A DNA stretch of 64,000 nt from Phaeosaccion multiseriatum (GCA_965112735.1 OZ218954.1:1054001-1118000), one strand, 5' to 3'. Positions 1 through 39,649 are shown, numbered from the stretch's first letter. Program-made: numbers and translations. Notes: a model not told the origin generated them from the sequence alone.

Positions 1-126
1 TCTACTTGTTACAAAAAAGTTAGTTAATCGGTCCATCCACTGCCATCCACTGCCATCCACTGCCATCCACTGCCGTCCCCCCCTCCCCTCCCCTCCCCTC
101 CCCCCTCTCCTCTTGACGCACACAAG

Positions 127-26607
<26,481 letters not shown>

Positions 26608-26750
26608 GATAGATGGACATGAGATGGACATGATGACATGGGGCATTGAAGGGTATGGACATGAGATGAAGATGACATGGACATGACATGGGGCATTCAA
26701 GGGTACAGTATACATTGTTCCACACACTTTTACCGATCTACCTACCCAAG

Positions 26751-26781
<31 letters not shown>

Positions 26782-27359
26782 ACGGTGAGGGTGGGGAGGG
26801 AGGGGGGGGAAGGGAGGGGCGACGAGATTGCGAGATGGAGATGATATTGCAGTGTGGGGGGTATAATATGCCATCTACTGCCATCCGCTACCCGTGAGGG
26901 CGGGCGTGAGGGTGAGGGTGAGGGTGAGAGCGAGGGTGTGAGGGTGAGAGTGAGAGTGAGGGATCGGGGTGAGGGTGATAGTGAGGGATCGGGGTGAGAG
27001 TTGAGGGTGAGAGTGAGGGATCAGAGTGAGGGTGAGGGTGAAGGTTCGCGGGGAAGACGTCCTGTACTCTGTGTTACAGTTTCACTTTCAGTTTGTTATT
27101 GACCTCATCGATCGAATGTCGAATTCTAGATGTCTGACGTCGATGCGCTCATCCCAGGGGGCAAGCTAAGCTAAGCTACGCTACAGCTCACAAGCTGCGG
27201 CTTCACTCGAACAGAAGGAAGATAATTGAAAATCAAGCTCTACCGTATGAGGGGAGGGGAGGGAGGGACATTACCTAACAACGTGGGAATACATTACATA
27301 AGAGAGATCGAAACTCCATGTGGCCTCCCACTACCTCGTGCTCCACTGCTCCGTACCAT

Positions 27360-27615
27360 CCATCCACTGCCATCTCTCTATATCCTCTACCCTCCATCCA
27401 CTGCCATCTCTCTTTATCCTCTACCCTCCATCCACTGCCATCTCTCTAGATCCTCTACCCTCCATCCAGTGCCATCTCTCTATATCCTCTACCCTCCATC
27501 CACTGCCATCTCTCTATATCCTCCACCCTCCATCCACTGCCATCTCTCTATATCCTCTACCCTCCATCCACTGCCATCTCTCTATAACCTCTCTTGTACC
27601 CTACCTCCATCCACT
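27360..27615 (+). repeat. ~33-bp minisatellite built on CCATCCACTG
   Basis: About 7 copies of CCATCCACTGCCATCTCTCTATATCCTCTACCCT. Confidence 0.9.
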
Positions 27616-27689
27616 GGGCGAGGAAAGGGAAACTTTGCTGTTAGTACAAAATGGTCGTAGCTCATGGTAGCCGGACAGGACATCCGTCG

Positions 27690-28067
27690 GACCTCCTTCT
27701 CAACATCGACCGCTCTTCTCTCCCATCCACTGCCATCCTCCTTGGATCGACCATCCACTGCCTTCCTCCTTGGATCGACCATCCATTGCCATCCTCCTTC
27801 TCAACATCGATCGCTCTTCTCTCCCATCCACTGCCATCCTCCTTGGATCGACCATCCACTGCCATCCTCCTTGGATCGACCATCCACTGCCCTCCTCCTT
27901 CTCAACATCGATCGCTCTTCTCTCCCATCCACTGCCATCCTCCTTGGATCGACCATCCACTGCCATCCTCCTTGGATCGACCATCCATTGCCATCCTCCT
28001 TCTCAACATCGATCGCTCTTCTCTCCCATCCACTGCCATCCTCCTTGGATCGACCATCCACTGCCAT
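27690..28067 (+). repeat. 101-bp higher-order tandem repeat (28+28+45 bp subunits)
   Basis: ATCGA(T/C)CGCTCTTCTCTCCC recurs at about 27705, 27806, 27907 and 28008. Confidence 0.88.
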
Positions 28068-28109
28068 CGGGCATTTGGCAGCGCGCGAGAGACGCGGAGA
28101 CTACCTCTA

Positions 28110-28278
28110 CCTAGCGCGTCGACATCGAACTCCACCTCGACATTGGCATGCTCGACACGGGGGATCGATATCGATTTTATGTGTCGGTATCCTACCTAGC
28201 GTGTCGACATCGAAATCCACCTCGACATTGGCATCCTCGACTCGCGGGATCGATATGGATTCTATTATGTGTCGACAT
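28110..28278 (+). repeat. Two diverged ~85-bp TCGA-rich tandem copies
   Basis: CCTAGCG(C/T)GTCGACATCGAA..CCACCTCGACATTGGCAT.. starts at about 28110 and 28195. Confidence 0.85.
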
Positions 28279-28406
28279 TCTCTACTCACTCGCTGGCCGG
28301 AGTGGGCGGCGAGAGAGGGAAGGAAGGGAGCGTTTGGAGATGGGTCTCCAAACCCCGTGTTCCTCTCTCTCTCTCCCCCTCCCTCCCCTCTCCTCTCCTC
28401 TCCTCT

Positions 28407-30975
28407 CTATGCCTCACCCCCACCCCCACTGTCCACCGTCATTTCCGCAAACTGGTTAGCCCAAAACGCTTCCACCTCCCCCTCCTCCTCCTTCTCCCTC
28501 TCCATCATCCGCTCCACATCAAGCTCCAAGTAAGCAGGTCGTCGAGCCGTCGCCGCCGCCTCTCCATCCAAAGCACTCATGACCTCAAATGTGAAATTCT
28601 CCGGCTCCCCCACCAGTGCTTCGACCAATGCCTCGGCCACATCTCGGTAAGGAATGTTTGCTCTGCTAAAGTCAAACGAATCCCCTTGCCCCAGCTCCAA
28701 GGACCCAAGCCCCCCTGGAGCGTCCGTCACCTTCCCAGGTCGGACTATGACGTAGGGCAAGTCGTCTTTGGCCGCCCGAACGACGGCCTCTGCTTGGCTG
28801 AGCAAGGGTAAAGGATTACCAGTGAGCTTGGTCACGAAATCCACCTAAACAAAGACGAGAACGAGGAGGAGAGTGGGGAGTGGGAGGAGGAGGGGGAGGA
28901 GAAGGAGGAGGAGGGGGAGGAGGAGGGGGAGGAGGAGGAGGAGGAGGAGGAGGAGGAGGAGGAGGAGGAGGGTAGTTGGCGTTGGATCGTTGCTGGAATC
29001 TGTTCTGTTCTATTATGGGGGTGGGTCTTTGGTAGGGAAGAGAGGGATGGGGGGGGGCTGGGCTGTACGCAGAGTTTGAGTTTGAGTTTGATGGGAGACG
29101 GGCGCTTAGGGGAGGAAGAGAGAGAGATGAGGTTGTGAGAAAGTGGAGAAAAGAGTGTAGAGACCAATCAAAACGTAGGTAGGTAGCTAGGCAGGCATGT
29201 AGGTAGGTATGTAGGTAGGGAGGGAGGTAGGGAGGGAGGTAGGTAGGTGGGTAGGTAGGTAGGATAAAAGCGACACCACTCTCCCCCCTCTCTCTCAAAC
29301 ACACTTACATTATCCGGAGTGGTGACGCCGATGGAGCTACAGAGTACCATCCGCTGCACTCCCTCGGCTTTGGAGGCCTCCACACAGCTCCGGAGGCCTT
29401 CTAGATCGGCCTTGGCGAAACGCTCGCTGCCGAGCACCGGCTTGGACTCTGGGCAGAAAACAACCGCCTGACAACCCTTCATTGCGTCGTTGTCGATGTC
29501 TCCGAGGACAATGTCGACATTTGCTCCATCGGGTCCGAAGAGGGACTCCACCTTCTCGATGCCGGAGGAGGAGGAGGCGCGAACGTTGAACCCCTTTTGG
29601 AGAAGGTCCAGCACCACCCTGAGAGAGTGATGGTGTGGTGGGTCAGTCAATGATGAATGGGTGGGGGTGGTGGAGTGGGCCCAATGAGAAGGAGGGGCGG
29701 GCAGATGCTCACACACTTATATGCATACATGCACACACACGCACTTGGGCACACACACATACATGGGTGAGAGCAAGAATGAGAGGGAGATGAACGGATT
29801 TCTGTAACGAAACTTGCTCGGCGTGTTCCTCTCCCTCTCCCTCCCGCCCTCCCTCCCCTCTGTCCCTCCCTTCACCACTCACTCATTCACTCACTCACTC
29901 ACTCACTCACTCGCTCTCTCACGCACTCACTCCCTCACTTCATCACTCCCTCACTCACTCACTCCCTCGCTCACTCACCCACTCCCTCACTCACTCACTC
30001 ACTCACCATTGCCCGACCTGCCCCGTGACCCCCGTCACAAAGACAGCGTTGGGTTTGAGGTCCTGCTGAGCGAGTTTCTCCTCGGCCTTGCCCGTCATCT
30101 TCATGTCCTGCATTGTCAGGATTTCTTCATCGGACATATTGCTCAAGTTCTGATTGGGCAGGGAGGGGGGGAGGGAGAGAGGGAGGGAGGGAGGGTGGTC
30201 GGTCGGGAGGGAGGGGGGGAGGGAGAGAGGGAGGGAGGGTGGTCGGTCGGGAGGGAGGGAGGGAAGAGAGGAGGGAGGGGGAAGAGAGAGATGGAGAGAG
30301 GGAGAGGGAGACGGGAACAGAAGACCAGGGGTTAGTGTGGGCGACACAAGGACGTCTTACTGCCATCTCATGGGTACAAAAGCTCTTCGGTGTATGGAGG
30401 GTGACGAGGGTCCTTGCAGATCGAGTCAGAGTGTGGGGGGTGGGTACGAACTGAAGGCCATAGAGATAGATACAACACGGAAGCCCTGTTGAGTGAGCCT
30501 CTTTTATTGATGCATCTCAAAGGAATACAGCCATACAGTCGCAAGCCCTTACCCATCCATCCAAGCGCACTCGCCTCCCTCTCTCTCCCCCCCCCCCCCC
30601 GCCGCCGCCTACCTGGCCATAGAAGGCCTGCCCTTTCCCCATGCGCTTCCCGAGGAAGTCGTCCATGGCTAAGCTACCTCGATTCACGGACTTCTTCTTC
30701 TCGGTCAGCTTCTCCATCTTGGCCTTTCGCCTCCTCGCTACCTCTCCAGGCGACACCACCCATCCATCCTCTGCCTTGTCGTCATCATAGGAGTTGCGGA
30801 GGCGGGTGGTGCAACGATTCGCTCTACTGCCTGTGCTATCATGGCGTGTGCCACAGGTGGTCGAAGTGGCGGTTCCAGCGCAGATCGGGGCAGCAGGCAA
30901 GAATGCCGACGCCCTCCCACAGAGCAGGAGGAGGAGAGTTACTCCTATACAGCATGAGGGCGGGGGTGCACCCAT
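28407..30975 (-). CDS. Plastid-targeted NAD(P)-binding Rossmann protein (atypical SDR, NAD_binding_10 / Tic62-NAD-like)
   Basis: Exons 30975-30613, 30149-30007, 29618-29309, 28844-28407. Glycine motif VFVTGVTGQVGQWVV, then GVQRMVLCSSIG, YVIVRPG, IPYRDVAEALVEAL. N-terminus MGAPPPSCCIGVTLLLLLCGRASA|FLP is a signal peptide with an ASAFAP-type cleavage motif, followed by an S/T/R-rich transit peptide. Confidence 0.85.
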
Positions 30976-31196
30976 CTTGAGCCGTCCGTCAGCCCTTGCA
31001 AGCGCTGGAAAGAAATGAAGGAGGAAGCTCAATCGCCATTTGTGGCCCTAACTTATGTCCAACGCGCACAGGCCGGCCCGGCACTAGCTACGCCTGTGTA
31101 CTGATGCCCTGTTGGTGTTTATACTTCTGCCTCTGCTTCTTCTTGCTTCGCCTGGCGGACTTCGATTCTTCGACTGTCGCCAGTGCGAGCACGGTG
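30976..31196. promoter_or_regulatory. Probable bidirectional promoter (221 bp between divergent ATGs)
   Basis: Repeat-free spacer between the head-to-head SDR and HAD-like genes. Inferred from gene geometry only. Confidence 0.5.
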
Positions 31197-32191
31197 ATGG
31201 TGAGAGCAGCAGCAGTAGCAACTTCAGCGCGGAACTGCCGACTTGCCCTTTGTATATCTGGCGGCTCTAAATCCTACCACGGGCGAGCAGGGCTATGGCT
31301 GTCGTCCCAGTCAGTAGCTCCCCATCCATCCTTTCGATGTGCCGGCGTATCTGTGTTGCAAAGGCTCAGAGGAGGAGCTTACCCAAATGGGACCCGACAC
31401 TCAACCATCATGACGAAGGCGTCCGGAAAGAGCGAATTTACGTCCTCATCGTCGCCCCCATCATTGCAACCTCAACCAGCAGTGTTTGACAAGCACCTGA
31501 TGCTCGTGTTCGACCTCAATAAGGTACCAACCTAAGACGTACAGTTTGTGGCCGCCTTTTGTTTGGCTCACGGGCGGGGAAGTACCTGAGAGGAAGGGAT
31601 GGCTGCTTCAAAGCTCAAACCAAAGTCCTTTGAGCCACCATAGCTCACACAATACTCTCACCCGCATGTCATGCAACGCTCTTCCCTCGTCCCCTTCCAT
31701 TTCGCTGCCCCGCCCCTGCCAGACGATCATCATGGTGGACCCGGCTGGCTCGAAGACCGAGGAGCAAGTCCTGAACAGCATATTGGCAGAGGTCGCCTGG
31801 GGCTGTGTTATCGACTCCGGTGCTTCCTCCCCTTCTCCTTGCACTGCCATTACCGGCAAAGACAGCAGCCGCAGCAGCAAGAGAGACGGCAGCTGGAGTA
31901 GTAGCCGCAGCAGCAGCCACACCATGAGCAGTGGCGACAGGAGGTGGGAGTGGGTGGAAGGAGTGAGCAGACTTACAACATCACTCGACACCCCCCAGGA
32001 CGACGCGCTTGAGACGGCGCAAGCACAACCGAGTCCTCGACAGATGGCGGCCACGCGGCTCATGACGTATGCAGACTTTGTGCAGGAGGAGTACCCGGAT
32101 CGGTCGGAGGAGGAGGGGCTGCCCGAGGACGTCTTGGCCCGCTTCTCCTCGCTGCTTGAACCTGGGGTGGAGCGTCAGGAGGGTCAGGAGG

Positions 32192-32228
<37 letters not shown>

Positions 32229-32539
32229 CAACAGTTGGTCATCCACCAGCACCAATAGTAGCAGGCGCAGCTTCAACAGCGCCATGAAGCGGCAGAGGGA
32301 CACCCTGAAGGGGAACTTCACTGAAGCCGGTCAGCCCGGAAGAGCCCTTCGAGGAGAATATCGCCGCCTCAGAGAGGCTCTACGCCTTCCTTCCGACAAG
32401 GCCACGGGAGCTCTGAAGGGGAGGAAAAGGTGCGGCTGGTGGCGTGCTTGTGTGTGTGTGTGTGTGTGTGTCTGTGTGTCTACGTATGTGTATGTGTGTC
32501 CGTGTGTGTGTGCGTATGTGTGTATATGTGTGTGTATGT

Positions 32540-32579
<40 letters not shown>

Positions 32580-33398
32580 ACCCTTCCCTTTCGGGCATGT
32601 GTCATTGTCAGACAGCCGTGGAATGGATGGGTACCGTGAGTCACTCAGTCTCTAAGAGAGTGAACTTACTCGCACCCTCCCCTCCCCTCCCTCCCCTCCC
32701 TCTCCGCCTGAACAGCGTGTACATCCTCCCGTCCTTCTTCCACTGCCTTCTCGAGCTGAAGAACAGAGGCGTGTCTTTTACCCTTCAACTCCGGACCTTC
32801 GGTAGTGACCTTGGTCAGGTAGCCCGAGAGCTGAACGCGTTTTGTGAGGGTCAACACCCCCTGTTTAGGTGAGGGAGTTGGTGATACAGAGGAAGGGGAA
32901 GGGAGGGAGGGAAGGTCTCTACAGTGTAGCTAGTAAACCTTACGTTCCTTCTTACGTAATGAATTCTTCTTACAGGGGCTCGCGTATGGACGGCAGCGAC
33001 GGAGGCCCTGACTTTCGCATCATGCTTGGCGACGACTTGCCCCCAGGCCTAGCAGTGGGGGGTACAGAAGCAGCAGAAGCAGCAAAAGGGCAAGGGGCAC
33101 AAGGAGGAGGAGGAGGAGGGGGGGGGGCTGGGGCCGTTCCCGCTGCTGCTGTATCACCAACTGCTGATGGTGCGTCTTCCTCCAAGTGCGGAGCCTTCTT
33201 TAGAGACAACGCAGGGGTTGCCCTGGTCATGGGCCGAGGGCAGGGGCGGCAATTGGTGATACAGCAGCAGTACCAGGACCGACAGGCACTAGAGGAGGCT
33301 CTCGAGAGTGAAGGAGGCAAAGCTCTTCAAGTGTAAGTGGAGTGGGGTGGGGTGGGCTGGGGGGCTGGTAGTGACCTTGTTCGGTCTGCGACGACTGA

Positions 33399-33433
<35 letters not shown>

Positions 33434-34341
33434 CTCTCTCTGTCCTCTTCCGTTCCCTCTCTCTCCTTCCTCTCCCTCCCCTCCTCCCTCCCTCCCTCCC
33501 TCCCTTCCCCCCTCCTCTCCCTCCCCTCCTGCCTTCCTCAGGCACACTTCTTGGCCGGCACTGACCTCCTGCCTGCTTAGCTCATCCCCGGGCACCATCG
33601 CTCTCAGAGACTTCTACCCGTATTGGAGAGCAAACCTTGAGGCCTCTGAGTAAGTCAAGGAAGTGTCACGGCGATCACCATCGTCATCGCCATCATCACC
33701 ACCCGCTATCTTCTCTCCGTTCCTGCCATTCATCACCATCTATGGGTTGGTTGACCTGACGGATTGATTTCCTCCCTCCCTCCCTCCCTCCCTCCCTCCC
33801 TCCCTCCCTCCCTCCCTCCCTCCCGCCCTCCCTTTCCCTCCCACCCTCGCCCTTCCCTCCCTCCCCTCCAACACCAACCCCACCGCCCGACAGAGCGGGC
33901 AAGCTGGTCTTACTCGACAGGACCCTCCCCCTCTCTGCCCGGCCTGTTCAAGTCGTCGTCTTTGACGATAACATTGAGCGGCAAGGCGCACACATTATCG
34001 ATGTACGATGCAAAGACTCCGGTGAGAAGGTGGGCTTCACAGAAGCAAGGAGGGAGTGCTTAGTGAGGGCAGAGCCCTTCTTGGCCATTGTATACACAGG
34101 CGCAGGAGGAGGAGGAGGAGGAGGAGGAGGAGGAGGAGGAGCAGGAGGAGGAGAAGGAGGAGGAGGAGCAGGAGGAGGAGAAGGAGGCGAGGTGGATCCT
34201 CCTGCTGTATCACCAAGTGGTGGTGGTGAGCAGGACCGTCCCAATTACTTCATTTCGGAGATTGAAAAGAAGGTTGGACCCCTCCCCCCTCGACGCTGTC
34301 TTCCTGTGGTATCACCAACTGCTGTTGCGCCATCTCCCTAG
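31197..34341 (+). CDS. Conserved uncharacterised protein with HAD-superfamily-like motifs; probable N-terminal organelle presequence
   Basis: Exons 31197-31523, 31723-32429, 32716-32868, 32976-33332, 33542-33649, 33894-34341. Motifs LVFDLNKTII (DxNxT, motif I-like), [34 protein letters not shown] (motif IV-like), AHIID, EPFLAI. The start codon is inferred. Confidence 0.75.
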
Positions 34342-36715
34342 CTAGGCACACCCGACGATACACATGTACCAAATTGTAAATATCATTTTACTGTTACAAT
34401 ACTGTTAAAAGTACGATCTCTATATATTTCTGATTTCTGTGTAACGTTCCGTTACATAGTTACTCCTAAGTATGATATGATACACGTTGTTTGGCACCAC
34501 TCACCCGGCTGCCTCCCCTCCTCAAAAAAACAAAAAACTCCCCCACCCCTCTCCCCCCCCCCCGTGCTTAACGGTGTGAACTTTCCACGGAACTTTCCAC
34601 GGAACTTTCCCATGTACAGAGGAGTCCACACAACACACAAAAAGGTCCGAAATGTTTCTGGTCTCTCCCACTTCCCTACCCTCTTTCTATTCCCTCCACT
34701 CCTCCTCCTCGTCCTCCTCCTCCTCCTCCTCCTCCTCCTCCTCCTCCTCCTCCTTCTCTTCCTCTTCCTCTTCCTCTTCCTCCTCCTCTTTCTCCTTCCC
34801 CTCCTCCTCCTCCTTCGCGTCCTGGCGCCTTTGAGCTAGAACCCCGGTGGGTAAGGCCCACACTCCCCTTTCCTCGCATTCTTTTGCTTACGTCCCGACC
34901 GACATGACAGCAAAAGTAGCGTTACAGAAAGGAGGAGCGCGTGTGTGTAGTGCCCTCTGGGGCTAAGGCCAAGCTCTGTCAGGTCAAGCTCTGCCAAGAG
35001 AGAGAGGGGTAGAGAGAGACTTCCCTCACCGTCCCCTGTCAGCCCTGCTGCCCCTGCTGCACCACCAACTGCTGCTGCTTGTATCACCAACTTCTCCTGC
35101 TGCTTCGTGTACCATCACGTGCTGAACCACCAACTGGTGTACCATCAACTGCTGGTGTTGGGGTGTGGTGAAGAGGACAATACCTCGCTCGCAAGAAGCC
35201 GATGTACATCCATCCAACCAACTCGTCCCCTCCTCCCTCCCCCTCCTCCCTTCCCCTCCCCCCTTCCCCTCCCTCCCCGCCTGTCCAAACCACGCCACAG
35301 AAACCCCACAAGACAAAGCCCCACAATTTGAGCTCAGCCCCCTCAGCCCCGGGGGGGCTGTCATCTTAGCCGCGGAAGGATGTGGCCACCTTCAGCCCCG
35401 AGGGGCGTCAAGGTTTAAGGTTTCTAGTCCTGCGTGGTGGTGGTGGTACACCGAGTAGGGGCAAGGCTGGCACACCCCCCCGGGAGAGCTGCTGCGAAGG
35501 GTGCTGCTGGGGTAGGGGTGACGCTGTCCCTGGCTGGGACCGCTGTGGCTGAGGCTGAGAGGATAGATAGAGCGGCTGTCTCGGCTGCGGCTGCTGCTGC
35601 GGCTGCTGCTGGTGGTAGTACTGCTGTTGTTGGTGGTACTGCTGCTGCTGCTGCTGCTGCTGGTGGTGGTGGTGGTGGAGCGACGGCGGGTGACCTGTCG
35701 CGGCCGCTGCGGCCTGAGTGTTTCCTATACGGAGTGGCAGGTTCTGGTGTTTTGTCACCAACGGCTGCTGCTGGTGCGGCTGCTGCCGCTGCTGCCGCTG
35801 TTGGGGGTGGTGGTGGTGGTGGTGGTGGTAATGGTGGTGCTGCTGCTGCTGCTGCTGCTGCTGAAGAAGAAGAGATTGACGCGGTGGGGCGTATGATGGG
35901 TGCTGCTGCTGTATCACCAACTGCTGCTGCTGCCGATGCTGTGGATAAGGGTGGGAAGACTGCACTGAAGCAGCAGCGGTGTACGCCTGACGCACGGGTT
36001 GATACTGGCGCTCCTGCGGCTGCTGCTTCTGCTGCTGCTGCTGCTGCCGATGCTGTGGATAAGGGTGGGAAGGACTGCACTGAAGCAGCAGCGGTGTACG
36101 CCTGACGCACGGGTTGATACTGGCGCTCCTGCGGCTGCTGCTTCTGCTGCTGCTGCTGCTGCCGCTGCTGCCGCAACTGCTGCTGCTGTATCACCAACTG
36201 CTGCTGCCGCTGCTGGAAGTGCTGCTGCTGTATCACCAAGCTCTGCAGAGCTGCTGCTGCAGTCATACGGCGGCGGGTGCTGCTGCTGCTGCTGCTGGCG
36301 TTGCTGTATCACCACCTGCCGCACCTCCTGCTGCTGTTGTCGCGGAGGTTGAAGACAGAGGCGTCTCTGGTGCTCCCTCTCCCCGTCGCCACCCCCCCCT
36401 CCTCCACCCCCTACCGGTGCTGCTCCTCCTGCCCCCCGCCGAGCAGCAGCAGCAGCAAGAAGGTCAGGAGTTGGTAGTCCAGCAACAGGAGCGGCAGCGT
36501 TCACACCAGAGACCACCACCTGCCCCCGCCTCCCCTTGTCCCTCTTACCACCCGCCGTCCACCCGTCTACAACGGTACCTTCCGACACAGAGAGCAGACG
36601 CTCCTCGTCCTCGCGCCCTCTTCTGTCGTCACCCCCTCCGTCTCCGTGTCTGACACCAAGAGAGTCTCGACTCAAGGCCTCTGGCACCCCTCCTTGTCGT
36701 TCCTCATCTCCCTCG

Positions 36716-38691
36716 TCATCCTGAAGCACCAACTCCGGCGGCGGCGGCGGCTGCTCTGCTCGCTCGCCGCGCCCCCCTCCCCCCTGATTGCTCTCCCCCC
36801 CCCCCCTCTTCTTCTTCTTCTCCTCCTCCTCCTCCTCCTCCTCCTCCTCCTCCTCCTCCTCCCCTGGTGCCACTCTCCACGTTGCTGCTGCCGCCGTTAC
36901 CAGCTGTGCTTCCTTCCCTGTCCACGTCACTATCACCCGGTGGCACCTGATGTCCGCGACTCTGCTGCTGCTGGTCCCGTATCACCAACCGCAGCTGGTC
37001 CTGCCTCACTAACTCATCATCATACACTGTCTCACCCACGTCCCTCCTCCTGGAGAATGACAACGATGCCGCGGCCACCTCGTAGCGACAGTACACTCCA
37101 TCCTCATCTTCGTCATCGTACTCCTCGTCGTCTTCCTCCTCCTCCTGCTGCTGCTGCTGCTGCTGCTGCAGCCGTTGTTGCTGCTGTTGGTCTAGATAGG
37201 AGGGGTCATGTTCGTACAGATGCTGTTTCACCAACTGCTCCTCCCCGCCGTAGTTCTGCAGCTGCCCTCCGTACTGAAGCTCGTCCACCAAGTTCCTCGA
37301 AGAGTACTGCTGTATCACCAAGTGCTCCAGATGCTGCTGCCGCTCCTGTGGCTGAGGGTGAGGGTGAGGGTGAGGGTGAGGATGCGGGTCATCCAGATCA
37401 TTCTGCGGTAGATAGGAGCCATTCCCGCCGTAGTAAGGTTGGTGGTGGTACTGCGGGTGCAGGTGCTGGTGCTGTTGTATCACCAAGTGTTCCTGCTCCT
37501 GCTGCCTCTCCGATTGGTAGGGCCGGAACAACGCGCCGCTCTTGATTTCGCCAAAGACGCCGTAATCCGGCAGAGGAGTCAAGACGCCGCCCACACCGGG
37601 GTATTCCTCCCCACAATGCCCGTAGTAGCTCCCCCCTGGCCCCTTCCCTCCTCCTCCTCCTCCTCCTCCTCCTCTTCCTCCTCCTCCTTCTCCTCCTCCT
37701 CCTCCTCCTCCTCGTCCTCCTCCTCCTCCTCCTCTTACTCCCGACCGCAGGAGCGAGGCCCCCCTCTTCCTCTGTAACCTCCCTCTTGCCCACAGTCCCC
37801 TCCAACCGGTGGAGGGAGGAGAAGCTACCGCCAGCAACAGGAGGATGGTGGGTAGGTAGTCCCAAAATAAAAACACAAGAAAGATGGTGGGGCACACATC
37901 GGAGCTTCCCTTCAAGGAGATGCCAGGGAGGTGCCACCAACCAAACACCGACACAATCTGATAGAGGCCCTTGGACGTAAAGACGAGGACGAGCAGTCCG
38001 TTGAGGAGGGTTAGGGCCCTGGGGTGGTGGATCATGAAACGCCGAAGCTCCCAGTCCTCGAGCTGGTAGGTGTGATGTGATGTGAGGGGGAGAGAGAGAG
38101 ACACAGCAGAGGCGTATGGTCACGGCGGGACGGTCGGGAGAAAAACAGAGGCATATGGGATGGGAGAGAGAAACATTCGAGCCATGGAGGAGAGACATTG
38201 GAGGCATGTTAGAGGCATACGCATGTGCAAGAGACATTCGAGGCATGCATATCGGTGAGGAGCACCGCATCATCATCATCATCGTACCTGCATCATCTTC
38301 ACCGCGCAGCCTGCGAGGGCGATGGCCAAGCCGAAGAAGCACCCCGCAGTAAGGCAACGAAAGTTGGTGCTGCTCAGCTCCATCTCATAACAGCCTCCAG
38401 TGCTGTCGACGTAAGCGTCGTCGTCGTCATCAACATCATTGGAGGAAGAGGAGGAGGAGGAGGAGGAGGAGGAGGAGGAGCAGGGGTGGCGCGAGGGTGG
38501 CTTCCTCGTCGCTTCTTTCGCCGTTGTGCCCGAGCCCTTGGTGGGCGGGGGTTGGCTCTTACTGTTGCTGCCGTTGTTGCTGTTGCCGGTTGGCGTCGTC
38601 TTGCTGACTGACCCTTCCTTCCCCGTCCCTACTACTTCCTCCCCCTCCCCCACCGACTTGCTGTGCGTACTGCTTGCCCTCCCTTCCGCCT

Positions 38692-38727
<36 letters not shown>

Positions 38728-39649
38728 CTGTTCCCAGCCGACGGCCAGAGTCAGACTGCAGTACCTCTGACCCCGACCCTGACGCTTGGTGTTGCCCGTG
38801 CCCTTGCCCCGTCGGTAGATGGAGTCGGTGGAAGGCATCCCTAGTGGAGGCCTCTGACTCAAGCCACTCATCGCCCTCTCGATTCCCTCCTCCTCCTCCT
38901 CCTCCTCCTCCTTCTTCGCCAGCCACAGCTATCGTCCCCTCTCTGGGAAGCATCACTCCAGCAACGGAGGTACTCTCTTCAGTCTTCCTCCTCCGCAAGT
39001 GTTGACCTTTCCCCCCTCCCCCTCCTTCCGCTGTAGCAGGCAGAGACTTGGGATGAGGAGGGGGGGCAGAAGAAGGAGAAGGAGGGAACTCCTGCTCGTA
39101 GTAAAAATGCTCTCCGTGTGTGTTCATGCCCCCCCCCCGCCCCCCCCCGTTGAACAAGGGCGACGACGAGGACGACAACAACGACGACGACGAGTAGTGG
39201 TTGTGCCTCCCCGCACTAATGCAGGTTAGCTCTCTGTCCTCCTCAACAGCGGCAATGGCGCACCATAACAGCATGAACGTCACCATGGCACCCACCCCCA
39301 CAACGTAGAGAGGTCGGATGCACATCCACCTATCGACCCATTTGCCAGCCCGCGAGGACAGCACTTGGTAGTAGAAGAGAGGAAGAAGGGCGAACTGTGC
39401 AAACTGTAGGGGGTTGGGTAGCCAGTAGAGCATGTAGAAGGTGGACGACTGCCACTCTGTCTCTGCCGTGAGGCTGAGTGTCCAAAAGAGTCCCCGCAAC
39501 AGCAGCCAGGACAGGCTGAGGCAATGGAACGCGATGGCCCAGCTCCTCATGTCGTAGGAGAGAGAGAAGTGCGCGAGGAAGAGGCCGAGGACGAGCGCCA
39601 TGGTGGCGAAGTCCAGCGACGCAAGGATCCACTTGAGCAGCATCACCAT
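36716..39649 (-). CDS. Seven-transmembrane protein, THH1/TOM1/TOM3 - GPR137-like, with long low-complexity C-tail (probably continues to ~35424 across frameshifts)
   Basis: Exons 39649-38288 and 38062-36716. Seven hydrophobic segments with family-like motifs FHCLSLSWLLLRGLFW, LYWLPNPLQFAQFALLPLFY, VFTSKGLY and FLFWDYLPTILLL. Confidence 0.72.

Noticed and set aside
33578-33580. Apparent in-frame TAG suggesting stop-codon reassignment or a pseudogene
   Set aside because: It disappears with the phase-2 donor GT|GTAAGT at 33333. All gene models translate with the standard code.
35434-36105. Plus-strand Ala/Gly-rich ORF as a separate gene
   Set aside because: No recognisable domain or clear start; it is the antisense shadow of the trinucleotide-rich 7TM tail region.
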